From assembly GCA_963668025.2 (NCBI GenBank), contig CAXXTH010000023.1, positions 256,001-320,000 of the forward strand: a stretch of 64,000 bases of DNA. The letters run 5' to 3'. The translations under genes were made by a program, and so were the position numbers. Shown one piece after another: positions 40,338 through 49,989 of the stretch. Source of the stretch: Candidatus Hydrogenedentota bacterium. Lineage in GTDB: Bacteria > Hydrogenedentota > Hydrogenedentia > Hydrogenedentales > SLHB01. How positions within the stretch are numbered: position 1 is the stretch's first letter; the number at the start of each line of letters is the position of its first letter. The notes beneath the pieces were generated by a model. That model was not told the DNA's origin and did not search any database. It was given only the letters and a program-made list of their open reading frames with translations.

Positions 40338-41723
40338 GTGCGACATGGATTCGGGAGGCTAGGCCAGATGAAACCGTATGGCAACAAGAGGATGGCATGG
40401 TATGGTGTCTGCCTGTTGGCATTCGCGCTTGCAGGCTGCCATGCTACAAACAGCACCATCCTGCTCGACCCGCAAGGGGAAGATATTACGGTGACGCCGG
40501 AGGAGATCCGCGAGTATAGCGGCCCAGACGCGCCTTACCTGCTGACCGTGGGCGACGAGGCGAATATCACATTCCGCGCGAAGGATTACCAATCCGACAA
40601 GCCGTCATGGGATTACCGCATCGAAGTCGGCGACAGCATGGAAGTCCGCCTGAGCGAAGAGATCGGCAGCCGTGCGGATTACAAGATTGACGCAGGCGAT
40701 CTTGTCGGCATCTCGTTCCTGAACAACTGGTCGCTCAATGTGACGCGCACGGTGCGCCCCGATGGGTATGTGACTTTCGAGAACATCGGCGATGTCATGG
40801 CGGGCGGTAAAACGGCCAAGGAACTCGAGGCGGAAGTCACCGAGTTATATAAACAAACGGGCCTCATCGAGGGTGATCCGAATATCTCGATCACCATCGA
40901 GTTCACCAATCCCGACCGGCTCGAGAATATGAGCCGCGACTTGGTGGTGCGTCCCGATGGTAAAATCCGCATCCCGGGCGTAAAAAATGATATCCAAGTA
41001 GCGGGCCTTACCGTGGATGAGGCGTGCAAAGCCGTGCAACAAGAATCCTCGACCATGCTGCGCAATGCCCCCGTGGTGAGCATGGTCATTTTCCCCTTCA
41101 TCAATAACGCCCTTGCGGCCATGAACGGCGTATATAAAGTGCGGCCTGACGGCAAAATCTCGATCCCCCGCATTGGCGATGTCCAGGTGGCGGGATATAG
41201 CACCGATGAAGTGCGCGAGGCGCTAGTGGACGCCTGCACGGGGCTGCTGCACAATCCGGTCGAGCCGGGAGTAACCGTCGTGACGGCCACCGGTGCCCGC
41301 ATCTATATAGGCGGCGAGGTGGACCGGCCAGGCGTGTATCCGCTCGAGGCGACGCCTACCGCCTTGCAAGCCATTATTATGGCGCAAGGCCCGAATGACC
41401 GTTCGAGGCTCAATAGCGTGCTTGTCATCCGGCGCAATCCCAATGGCAAGCCGTATGTCTTCAAGACCAACCTGCACCTGGCCTTCGAAGGCCATACGGA
41501 AAACGACATTGAGCTGCGCTCGTATGATGTCGTTTATGTGCCCAAGAAGCTGATATCGCGCGCGAACCTGTTCGTGAAGCAGTACATCGACGATATCGTG
41601 CCCTTCGACAATACGCTGGGCGTGACGGGCAGCTACTATATGAATGAGCAGCGCACGCGCTCGAAGGCCAGGACGTTCAATTATACGACGGGCGTTAATG
41701 TGATACCGGGCTTTAATCAATAA
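40338..41723 (+). CDS. Polysaccharide biosynthesis/export (Wza/GumB-like) lipoprotein
   Basis: Lipobox LAGC; repeated VRPDG.I...GD..VAG motifs; SLBB domain IYIGGEVDRPG; L.SYDVVYVP. Confidence 0.88.
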   Translation: MRHGFGRLGQMKPYGNKRMAWYGVCLLAFALAGCHATNSTILLDPQGEDITVTPEEIREYSGPDAPYLLTVGDEANITFRAKDYQSDKPSWDYRIEVGDSMEVRLSEEIGSRADYKIDAGDLVGISFLNNWSLNVTRTVRPDGYVTFENIGDVMAGGKTAKELEAEVTELYKQTGLIEGDPNISITIEFTNPDRLENMSRDLVVRPDGKIRIPGVKNDIQVAGLTVDEACKAVQQESSTMLRNAPVVSMVIFPFINNALAAMNGVYKVRPDGKISIPRIGDVQVAGYSTDEVREALVDACTGLLHNPVEPGVTVVTATGARIYIGGEVDRPGVYPLEATPTALQAIIMAQGPNDRSRLNSVLVIRRNPNGKPYVFKTNLHLAFEGHTENDIELRSYDVVYVPKKLISRANLFVKQYIDDIVPFDNTLGVTGSYYMNEQRTRSKARTFNYTTGVNVIPGFNQ

Positions 41724-41795
41724 TGAAGCGCGCACGCGGGACGAGAGGCAACAGGCGGCCGTGCACGCGGACGGCGGCGATAGAGGGATAGGCAA

Positions 41796-43785
41796 ATGGA
41801 TCAGCGGCAGATTTTCTTGCGAGACATCCTGACCACACTGTTCAAACGGAAACTGTTTATTATCCTATTCGTCGTGGCGGTTTTCGCGCTGGTGTTCGTG
41901 GGCAACTATATATGGCCGCCCACGTACGAGTCCATGGCGAAGGTCCAAGTGACCCGAGGCCGGGGAAACGACGACCGTCGATGTGAGCGTGCTTGGGCAA
42001 AAAAATATGATGCCCACGCCGCAACTCTCGACATATGACGTAAACACTGTCATTGACCTCGTATATAGCAGCGATGTGCTGCGCAAAGGTCGTCCAAGAT
42101 ACCGGCCTTGCCGAGGGCATGACGGGTGGGATCATGCAGATGGTCCGGCGCAGCATTCGCGACTTGCAATATGTCTTGCGGTTCAAGACGCCTCCCGACG
42201 CGGTGTCGGAGGCCGCCGAAGAACTGCGTGACGCCATTTTTGTCGAGCCGGTAAAAGATTCGTATGCCTTGGATATTCGCGTACACATGGTCCGGGCTGA
42301 ACTTGCCAAAAAGTGCTCGAATCGCTTATTAAGCAATTCGAGTCCAAGCATAAAGAAGTCTACAGCACCAAAAAAGTCGGCGATTATTTTGATGAGCAGA
42401 TCATTCGCACAAAAGAACAGCTCGAAGCCTCGCAAAAGGCCCTCGAAGAGTTCCGCATCAAGAATTCCGTAGTTTCGCTCGATGCCGAGCGGGATCTGCT
42501 CGTGGATGAATACACCAAGGCCAAGAGGCTCCTCGATCAATTGACCCGCCTCGAGGCGACCGCCCAGGCTCTAGAGGGCGACGCCGCTGATCAAGCCATC
42601 ATGGAAGCGCTGTCACAGAAGACCGAGCACACCGTGGTGACGGAAATCCAGTTGCGCCTATTCGATAAAGTGGTCGAGCGCAACCAAATGGTGAAATCAC
42701 TGGGGCCGAAGCATCCCCGGGTCATTGGCATTAAGCAGGAGATTAGCGAATTAAACGTCCAATCTGCGCAACGCCATCACTAATGTGCGCAACGAGACCC
42801 AAGCGAAGATGGTGGATATTGACGCGCGCATGGTTGAAATCAACAAGCTGATAGGCGAGCTCGATAATCTCGTTCGGGAAGAGAAGCTGGCGGCGGACGC
42901 CTACGAGCTGTATAGCCAGCGCCGCGAGGAAGCCCGCGTCTATGACGCCATGAGCGAGCAAGGCATTTCCAGCATTCAGATCACCTCATCGCCCCACCTT
43001 GCCCGACAATCCAATCAGCCCCCGCCGCCTCTTCAATCTGTTCATGGCGCTCATTGGAGGATTTATCGGGGGATTGGCCATCGCGTTCTTTATCGATTAC
43101 CTGGATCATGGGCTCAAGACCCCGGAAGATGTCGAATACTACCTGAAAGTCCCACCCCTGGCGTCGTTCTGGCGTTCCTCCTATGACCAGCTCGATCCTA
43201 GCCAGACCCAGCGTTTGAGCGCCTTGTTCGAGCATGGAGAGGGCGTGGCCATGACCGTGGTGGCGAGTTCAATAAAAGGAGAAGGCTCTCTTCGCGTGGC
43301 GCGCGCGCTGGCGGAATCGCAGTCGGACGATCCGGACGCGCGTACGCTGCTGGTGGACTTCATGGGCGGACGGCCAAGATGAACGCCCTGGCGGGCGCGG
43401 CATTCTCGAAGTGCTCGAGGGTGAATGCAGTTTGCGGGACGTTATGGCGGAAAGCGGCAATCTATTGGTGGTCGGCCGGGGCAGCCGGGCGGAATGCCCC
43501 GCATACTTGTGGAAATCAGACCGCATGAAAGCCATGTTTGAAGGCCTGCGGGGTGATTTTGACCGGATCATCGTGCATGTGCCGCCCATTCTGGCGTCGC
43601 ACGACGCGTTGAACATGGCCCGGTATGCGGACAATATGTTATTGGTGATCAAAGCCGATAGCACCCGCCGGGAAGTGGTGCAGCGCGCCATGGACACCCT
43701 TGGCAATACGAGAAGTAAAGTGGTTGGGGCGGTGCTGATGGACCGCAAACAGGTGATCCCGCGGTTTGTGTATCGCTGGATCTGA
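41796..43785 (+). CDS. Wzc/GumC-like polysaccharide co-polymerase with degenerate kinase domain, split by frameshifts
   Basis: LRDILTTLFKRK-TM-PPTYES; coiled coil with GPKHPRV; PISPRRLFNL-TM-DYLDH; C-terminal P-loop-like domain ending VGAVL; spread over about six reading frames. Confidence 0.8.
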
Positions 43786-44120
43786 TAATGGCCGCTAACA
43801 GGTGTTTTTGGGGGGATCCGCCGAAGGTGGATTCCCCCAAGATGTTTATACGGGGAATGAAGGTTCGAGGCGGTCCTGGCACGCGTTTTTGTTTATAGCC
43901 TAGCCATTCCGGCGTTTGTTTCGTTATACTGGCCTTGCGGTTTGTTGTGCGGAAATGGCTGCCCTATCCAGGCGTTTTCCCATGAAATAGCCTGCACAAG
44001 AAGCAATCAGGAGCATGTTTTTGTGATGTTTTGCCTATTTGCTTGTAGATTACATCAAGTGGACTGGATATGCGCAAGAGGGCCGCGCCGAAATGTCTGT
44101 ACGCCCAGCGGAGGCAGCAA

Positions 44121-44710
44121 GTGACTCTCCCTGTACGAACAGACGAAGAGCTTATGTCTCAATTGCGGGATGGCGACTCCGCGGCGCTGGCTGAGCTGGT
44201 GCGCATATATCAGAACGATATTTTCCGGTTTTGTGTGCATTATGTAAAAGATGTGGAGCTGGCTCGCGAGATGGCGCAGGAAACATTCATACGGGTGTAT
44301 GTGGCCCGGGGGCGCTTTGATAGCGCCCGGAAGTTCCGCCCATGGCTCCTTGTGCATCGCGCGTAATTTGTGCTTGAATGAGATCAAGCGGCGAAAAACG
44401 GTTCCCATGGAATCGTTCGAGGAATATGTGGCCGCCGCTCATACGAATAGGGAAGAGCCGCTGGGTATGGCCAGCAGCGCTCCGGACACGGAACTCATGG
44501 CGCAGGAGCGCGAGGGAAATGCTCGCCGCCGCCATCGAAAGCCTGGATGCGGAGTCACGTGAAATCGTGGTGTTGCGCTTTTTTGAACAGCTTTCGGCGC
44601 GTGAGATTGCCGATATAGTGGGGGGGACGGAAGGGGCCGTGCGCACACGGCTTCACCGGATTTTGAAAGGGCTTCGCGACCGGTACGCCGGGGCGAAGCA
44701 GAATTTGTGA
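44121..44710 (+). CDS. ECF-family RNA polymerase sigma factor (two frameshifts in this sequence)
   Basis: TDEELM...GDSAALAELVRIYQ, AQETFIRV, FRPWL|IARNLCLN, REIVVLRFFEQLSAREIADIV...VRTRLHR; GGAGG RBS before GTG 44121. Confidence 0.88.
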
Positions 44711-46450
44711 TGAATACGACTGGGGACAATTATTTCGAGGAACTCGCCGCGCATCTCATGGGCGCGCTTTGAAGGTGGGCAATGCCGCGCCTTCGAGGAG
44801 AAACTGCGCCAATCAGAAGAGATGCAGGCGGATTATGCCTGGTTAAAGCAGCTTTTTGAAGATGCCCGCGTGTTAAAAGACGCTTATGAACGCGATCTTC
44901 CCGAAATGAACCTCGCTGATAACGTAGTGGCGATGGCCGCTTTGCGCGAGGAGACGGAATTTGGCGTGGACTATTCCCGTTTGGCGGATATAGCTTTAGG
45001 CCAGGCCTCGCCTTGGGATGAACAAGACGCCCTTGAAACGAGCCCGCATGCTTCGGCCTTGGACGCGGAAAAAGCTTGGGTGGAAGAGGTGGCGAACGGC
45101 TTAACCGGGCTTGCCTGTTCTTATAAGCAGACACTGCCGAAAATCGATATAACCGATTCTGTAATGCGCGCGATTGCAGGGGAAGCACATGCGGAGCCTC
45201 GAGTTTCTTTTCGCGCCCGCTTAATCTCGCGCCGTGCGAGAATCCTCTCCTGGGCCAGCCTGGCGGCGGCGGCTTCTATTCTCATGGCGGCTGGATTCAT
45301 TGCAAGCCTGATGCCGGATGGAGAGCTAGGCGCGCCAAAAGAGATGGCAAGCAATGTACATGGCAGCCATAATCCTCAAGACGTGCTGGCGGGCCTCTCA
45401 GAAGCATATGAAAACCTGCACAGGCCGTATTTGTCTGAGCCGAACACTATATTGGAAGAGGTTCCTGAGCCCGATATGAGCGCCTTGACGTTCACGCAAG
45501 TGGCTGATGCGGCGCGCAAATGGGGTTCTGATCCCGTTTCGCGGCGTCAAATACAGCAGTGGGCGGCTCTGACGGCGAATGAGGCCCGGTCCCTTATAGA
45601 TGGGGGGCAAGCGCCTGCCGGGGCGGTCATCGCGGCGGCGGCGTCATTGCCTTCTTCTGAGCAGGCAGCGGCGATGTATGCCGTTATCGGCTACCTCAAA
45701 GACCAGCCCGCCGCCCAATTCGCCCTGGCCCGCGCCCAACAGGAATCAAAACAAGCGCCGGAAGTCACGCAGAAAAGCTTGGAAACCTTGAGCGCGCTGG
45801 ACCCGGATAATGCGTTATCGTATTACTTGCAGGCGCGCATGCTGTTGGAAGCTGGAGACGTACAAGGGGCGCTTGAATTACTCGCCCAGGCCCGCCAGCT
45901 CGATTCCGCGACGGCGTACGGGCTCGACTCCGCGCGCTACACCGTGGAAGCGCTTCTCGCCAGCGGATTGGACATTGATACGGCGCGGATGCTGGCTGCT
46001 TTGACTGCGGGGGGTAAACAGTATGAATTTCTTTGCCAATTAGGATATAATCTGTTACAATATGGCCAATCTTTTGAGTCGGCAGGCGATTCAAGCACTG
46101 CGGAAGAGCTCTATCAGTCTGTCCAACGGCTTGGCGAGCAGTTGAATAATGGGGAAACGCTTGTACCGGAACGCCTTGCAGGGCTGGATATGGAACAAGC
46201 AGCCATCACGCTGATGTCTCAAGTATATACCTTGCTTGGGTCAATGGATGGATTGCAGACTCTGGCCACTGAGGCAGTGGAGCTTGTCAGCAGTTTGGAA
46301 TCGCTCAATGCGTTTGTGGAAAGCGTGGATGCGTTTTATGCGTCTGTAACCGATCTAAGCCTGTTCAACTCGTATGCGGATCAAGTGTTAGAGAATGGGC
46401 ATCGGTCCATGCTAGAGGCGTTCCGATCCGGCGCAAGTTCCGTAAGCTAG
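44710..46450 (+). CDS. Putative anti-sigma factor: cytoplasmic N-domain, TM helix, periplasmic TPR-like domain (frameshift near 44770)
   Basis: ATG overlaps the sigma stop (TGATG); MNTTGDNYFEELAAHLMGAL|E...FEEKL joins ORF 44822; TM WASLAAAASILMAAGF; LDPDNALSYYLQARMLLEAGD TPR motif. Confidence 0.7.
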
Positions 46451-46536
46451 ATAATCCAGGCGCAGTCCAATGAACAATAAGAATAGAAACACCGGCGCGG
46501 CCTGGCGGCCTGCGAGGCAAATGGATAATCTGTTAC

Positions 46537-46565
46537 TTGCGTCAACAATAGAAATAGTTCACAAT
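46537..46565 (+). promoter_or_regulatory. Possible promoter of the peptide array
   Basis: TTGCGT-17 nt-CACAAT, about 100 nt upstream of the first peptide. Confidence 0.35.
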
Positions 46566-46664
46566 AGAGTCCATTCGGTTGTAGCTTGCGGCAACGCAAG
46601 AGGCAATAGCGGTTCGGAGAGCTAAGTCAACACAAGTCGGAAGGAGAAGGGAGGTGAACGTAGA

Positions 46665-46817
46665 ATGAAGCACATCCACATGATGTCGGCGGTGAAGCCT
46701 GCCAAGGCGGAAGAGGTCGCATGGGTTCAACTGAAAGACCTCATCGGCTTTACAGCGATTACCAATCAGCAGAGCGAATGGCTTTCGTTGCAGTTGGACA
46801 ATTATCTTCAGAAGTAA
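46665..46817 (+). CDS. Short peptide 1 (50 aa) MKHIHMMSAVKPAKA-EEVAWVQLKDLIGFTAITNQQSEWLSLQLDNYLQK
   Basis: Translated by hand (below the ORF-track cutoff); strong RBS GGGAGGTGA; shared leader motif. Confidence 0.8.
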   Translation: MKHIHMMSAVKPAKAEEVAWVQLKDLIGFTAITNQQSEWLSLQLDNYLQK

Positions 46818-46973
46818 ACACGGAATCAGCTGAGTAGGCTGAGCCGTAGTGCGGAAGAAGAGACTAGGGGTAAACGCATCGCTGGCCATCCCTGGGCTCT
46901 CCTTGAATAGAGCACAACCAATTGAAGTGGGAAAAGCTGGCCAAGTACAGTATTCCGCGAAAGGAATCGGCAG

Positions 46974-47120
46974 ATGAAACACATCAAACCGGTAAACGAG
47001 AAGGCCATTCCGGCCCGCGCTAACATTTTTACTCTTGCGTTGGAAGCAATCGACAAGAGTGATTATCTCAGCGACCTTTGGAACCACGACGGCTCTTTGG
47101 ATCCTGAGGATATTTACTAG
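46974..47120 (+). CDS. Short peptide 2 (48 aa) MKHIKPVNEKAIPARA-NIFTLALEAIDKSDYLSDLWNHDGSLDPEDIY
   Basis: Translated by hand; RBS AAAGGA; shared leader motif. Confidence 0.75.
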   Translation: MKHIKPVNEKAIPARANIFTLALEAIDKSDYLSDLWNHDGSLDPEDIY

Positions 47121-47203
47121 TCACAGCGTGCGCGGGGCGGCCCTGGGCCGTCCCGTACGACATTGAGAAACCATAAGTTATCTGTGCAAGGAGGTGAAGA
47201 CCA

Positions 47204-47416
47204 ATGAAGCACATTACACATGTGACCAAGAAGTCCTCGGTTCCTGCGAAGGCGCAGGTTCTGAATAAAGGCAGTTGGGGTCAAGTTGGCAATTCGTGGG
47301 GCGGGCCGTTCATGGGCACGCTTGGTGCGAATACGCTCGGCGATATCGCTATCGGAATCGCCTCGGTGGCGGAAAAAGCGGGCCTGGTTACCGTGTTTCC
47401 GGACGAGATTCGCTAG
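47204..47416 (+). CDS. Short peptide 3 (70 aa) MKHITHVTKKSSVPAKA-QVLNKGSWGQVGNSWGG...
   Basis: In the ORF track; RBS AAGGAGGTGA; shared leader motif. Confidence 0.8.
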   Translation: MKHITHVTKKSSVPAKAQVLNKGSWGQVGNSWGGPFMGTLGANTLGDIAIGIASVAEKAGLVTVFPDEIR

Positions 47417-47467
47417 AACGTGGGTGGATGCAATGGGCGTCCGCTTTACATAAGGAGGCCGCAAACA

Positions 47468-47602
47468 ATGAAGCATGTAGTGGCAATTGCAAAAATGGTG
47501 CCTGCGAAGGCGGCATGCGATACCAGCCAATACAAAGCCCCTATCGGTTTACCGACCGTGGGTTACAACAGCCCGAAATCGGATTTTCGCGACGATTCCT
47601 GA
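47468..47602 (+). CDS. Short peptide 4 (44 aa) MKHVVAIAKMVPAKA-ACDTSQYKAPIGLPTVGYNSPKSDFRDDS
   Basis: RBS TAAGGAGG before ATG 47468; shared leader motif. Confidence 0.8.
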   Translation: MKHVVAIAKMVPAKAACDTSQYKAPIGLPTVGYNSPKSDFRDDS

Positions 47603-47674
47603 TGACTAGCAGGATGGGTTGCATTATCCGCTACAGCAATTGCCTATTGGCAAAATGCTGGCAATGAATCGTAT

Positions 47675-47713
47675 GAGCCGTAGTGGAAGGAGAATCGCTG
47701 CGGCTCTCTTTTT
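47675..47713 (+). terminator. Intrinsic terminator closing the peptide array
   Basis: GAGCCGTAGTG...CGCTGCGGCTC stem followed by TCTTTTT. Confidence 0.65.
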
Positions 47714-47743
47714 GTCTCTCGAACGAATCGAAATTGGCAGGCC

Positions 47744-48466
47744 ATGCGCAGATCCCGACGCATAGAATTTGAACCTGAATTATCCGCTCTTCTCGGTGGG
47801 CGCACCCGGCGTTTTAAGAAGAACGCGGTATTTCCTCGCTGGATGCTGGGTTTAGTCTTTTTGGCGGCTATAGCCGCCGGATATCTATTATGGGGGCATG
47901 TCTCCTGGCCTTCATTTTTGAGTTTTGATCCTGAAAAAAGGGAATTACTCGAAACAAATCGTGAATTGTGGAAAGCGCTGCAATCGAATAACCTTCCTGT
48001 CGCTGCGAATCTTTTCTTTGATGATGTTTCACCTGCTTCAAACGGCTCCGAGCCGCCTGCGTTATCCCCGGATACGCGTGAGATGCATTTGAGGATGCTC
48101 CAGACCGTGCGGGAGGATTTAACGAACGCGGGTATTGATTGGGCTTCTGCGTTGCCGGTGGCGTTTGCGGGTGTACGTGCGCGTGCGCTTGAACCAGGTA
48201 CGGAAGGCCAGGATGTATCGGTAGCCTTGGGCGAGCTATATATCCGCAGTCTGGATTCGCTTTTCGTTATCGAGCTCAGCACACGCTACAGCGGGAGTGC
48301 GTGCCAGATTGTCGAATTATGGCACTGGGGAAAATCTGATCAGGATCCAGCCGCGCTGCGTGAGTTGCCCGAATCGAAAAAACGTGAGTTTTTATCGGAG
48401 AATTTAGAACCGTCAACCGAGCAAATTCGCTTTGCGGATGTGCGTTCATTATTCGTTTCGTTTTAG
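47744..48466 (+). CDS. Hypothetical single-pass membrane protein
   Basis: 240 aa ORF; basic N-terminus followed by TM WMLGLVFLAAIAAGYLLW. Confidence 0.65.
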   Translation: MRRSRRIEFEPELSALLGGRTRRFKKNAVFPRWMLGLVFLAAIAAGYLLWGHVSWPSFLSFDPEKRELLETNRELWKALQSNNLPVAANLFFDDVSPASNGSEPPALSPDTREMHLRMLQTVREDLTNAGIDWASALPVAFAGVRARALEPGTEGQDVSVALGELYIRSLDSLFVIELSTRYSGSACQIVELWHWGKSDQDPAALRELPESKKREFLSENLEPSTEQIRFADVRSLFVSF

Positions 48467-48675
48467 CAAGATCCGCCGAGTTCACCATATCGCCTTGTAT
48501 TCCTTTTATGCGGATGGTTTCTCATTTCCGAATGCTAATGAAATTTCTTTTTGCCTTCTGATTTGGAGTAATATGGCCTGGATTCGGTGGCCGTTAAAAA
48601 GGACAGGCGATAAGGCCGGATAGAAGGGTTTGCCGCCTAATTGTCCTGGGATTCTGCAAGAAGGGGCCTGCACGC

Positions 48676-49158
48676 ATGATGAAAGTGGAATATATAAATC
48701 CATTCATCGAGTCGGTATATGAATTGTTCTCGACGATGCTCGGAGCTAAAGTATCCCGGGGAAAAGCGGCTATCGCGGAAGGAGAAGGCGAACCGAGCCA
48801 GGTGACCGCGCTCATTGGCTGGAGTGGGCCAGCCCGGGGAACCGTTGCGCTTACGCTTCCAGAGAGCACGGCGCTTGCTTTGGCGGGGCGCTTGCTGTCC
48901 ACTTCCATGGCCCAGGTGGATGAAGAGGTGTTGGACGCCATATCAGAGATCGTGAATATTATCGCAGGCGGGGCCAAGGCGAAATTCTCGGCCAGCCAAG
49001 GTATTGGAACTATCGATCTGAGCTTGCCCACGGTGATCACGGGCGCCCATTATGGAGTTGAGCATCCGTCGCATTCGACCGAAATCGAGGTGCCTTTCAT
49101 CTCGGAAGTAGGCCCGTTCAGCTTGCGCATTACTTTCGAGATGGTTCGCACAAGCTGA
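48676..49158 (+). CDS. cheX: Chemotaxis phosphatase CheX
   Basis: MKVEYINPFI, VTALIGWSG..RG, DAISEIVNIIAGGAK, LSLPTVITG. Confidence 0.9.
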   Translation: MMKVEYINPFIESVYELFSTMLGAKVSRGKAAIAEGEGEPSQVTALIGWSGPARGTVALTLPESTALALAGRLLSTSMAQVDEEVLDAISEIVNIIAGGAKAKFSASQGIGTIDLSLPTVITGAHYGVEHPSHSTEIEVPFISEVGPFSLRITFEMVRTS

Positions 49159-49182
49159 GCCGCTTTTGCTTTCGATGCAGTA

Positions 49183-49989
49183 TCACGCGAATCCTTGCAC
49201 CAATTGGCCGATGATGAGATGCCACCCATCCGCCAGGACGAACACGATAATCTTGAACGGGAGTGACACGAATATGGGGGGAAGCATCATCATGCCCATG
49301 GCCATTAGCGTGCTGGCGACCACCATGTCAATTACCAGGAATGGAATGTAAATGCGGAATCCGATCCAAAACGCCTTACTGAGTTCGCTCACCATGAAAG
49401 CGGGCATGAGCACGGTGGTGGGAATGTCTTCAAACGCATAATCGTCCGTCACATCAATTTTAGCGATGTTAATGAACAAGGCGAGGTCTTTTTCGCGTAC
49501 TTGCCGGAACATGAAATCCCGTATGGGCTCAAGCCCTGCCCGCACCGCATCTTGATAGCCAATCTCTTTATTCATGTATGGCGTGACCGCATTATCATAC
49601 ACTTGCTGGTAGGTGGGGCCCATGATAAAAAACGTCAGAAAAAGCGCAAGCCCCACGAGCACTTGGTTCGGCGGAGATTGCTGGGTGCCCATGGCCTGGC
49701 GTAAAAATCCCAGCACCACGATGATGCGCGTGAATGACGTGGTCATTATGAGTATGGCGGGAGCCAGGGATAAGACTGTCAGGATCAGAAAAACGAGCAG
49801 CGTCCCCTCGATTCGATCCGGCTGCGTCGCGTCCTGCAATCCCGTAAGGGCGCCACGAATCGCATCCGCGCCAGGAGGCGCAGGGGGCTGGCCTTCCGCT
49901 TGGGCGTAGGCGGATGCGCTGGCCAGGAAGAAAAGCGCCACTAGAAGCGCCAGCAATAGGGCGGATAGGGCGCTACGAGTTTGAATCAC
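49183..49989 (-). CDS. fliP: Flagellar export protein FliP
   Basis: LTVLSLAP.ILIMTTSFTRIIVVL..LRQAMGTQQSPPNQ, GMMMLPP..SLPFK; start uncertain (GTG 49989). Confidence 0.95.
   Translation of the reverse strand: MIQTRSALSALLLALLVALFFLASASAYAQAEGQPPAPPGADAIRGALTGLQDATQPDRIEGTLLVFLILTVLSLAPAILIMTTSFTRIIVVLGFLRQAMGTQQSPPNQVLVGLALFLTFFIMGPTYQQVYDNAVTPYMNKEIGYQDAVRAGLEPIRDFMFRQVREKDLALFINIAKIDVTDDYAFEDIPTTVLMPAFMVSELSKAFWIGFRIYIPFLVIDMVVASTLMAMGMMMLPPIFVSLPFKIIVFVLADGWHLIIGQLVQGFA

Noticed and set aside
39425-40459. 344 aa minus-strand ORF
   Set aside because: Antisense to a + strand gene run, with the Arg/His-rich composition typical of shadow ORFs.
46470-46625. 51-codon ORF MNNKNRNTG... upstream of the peptide array
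   Set aside because: No RBS, no MKH/PAKA leader, and it overlaps the putative promoter.
46542-47530. Minus-strand ORFs of 181 and 137 aa over the peptide array
   Set aside because: No recognisable features or RBS; the + strand peptides have strong RBSs and a shared motif.
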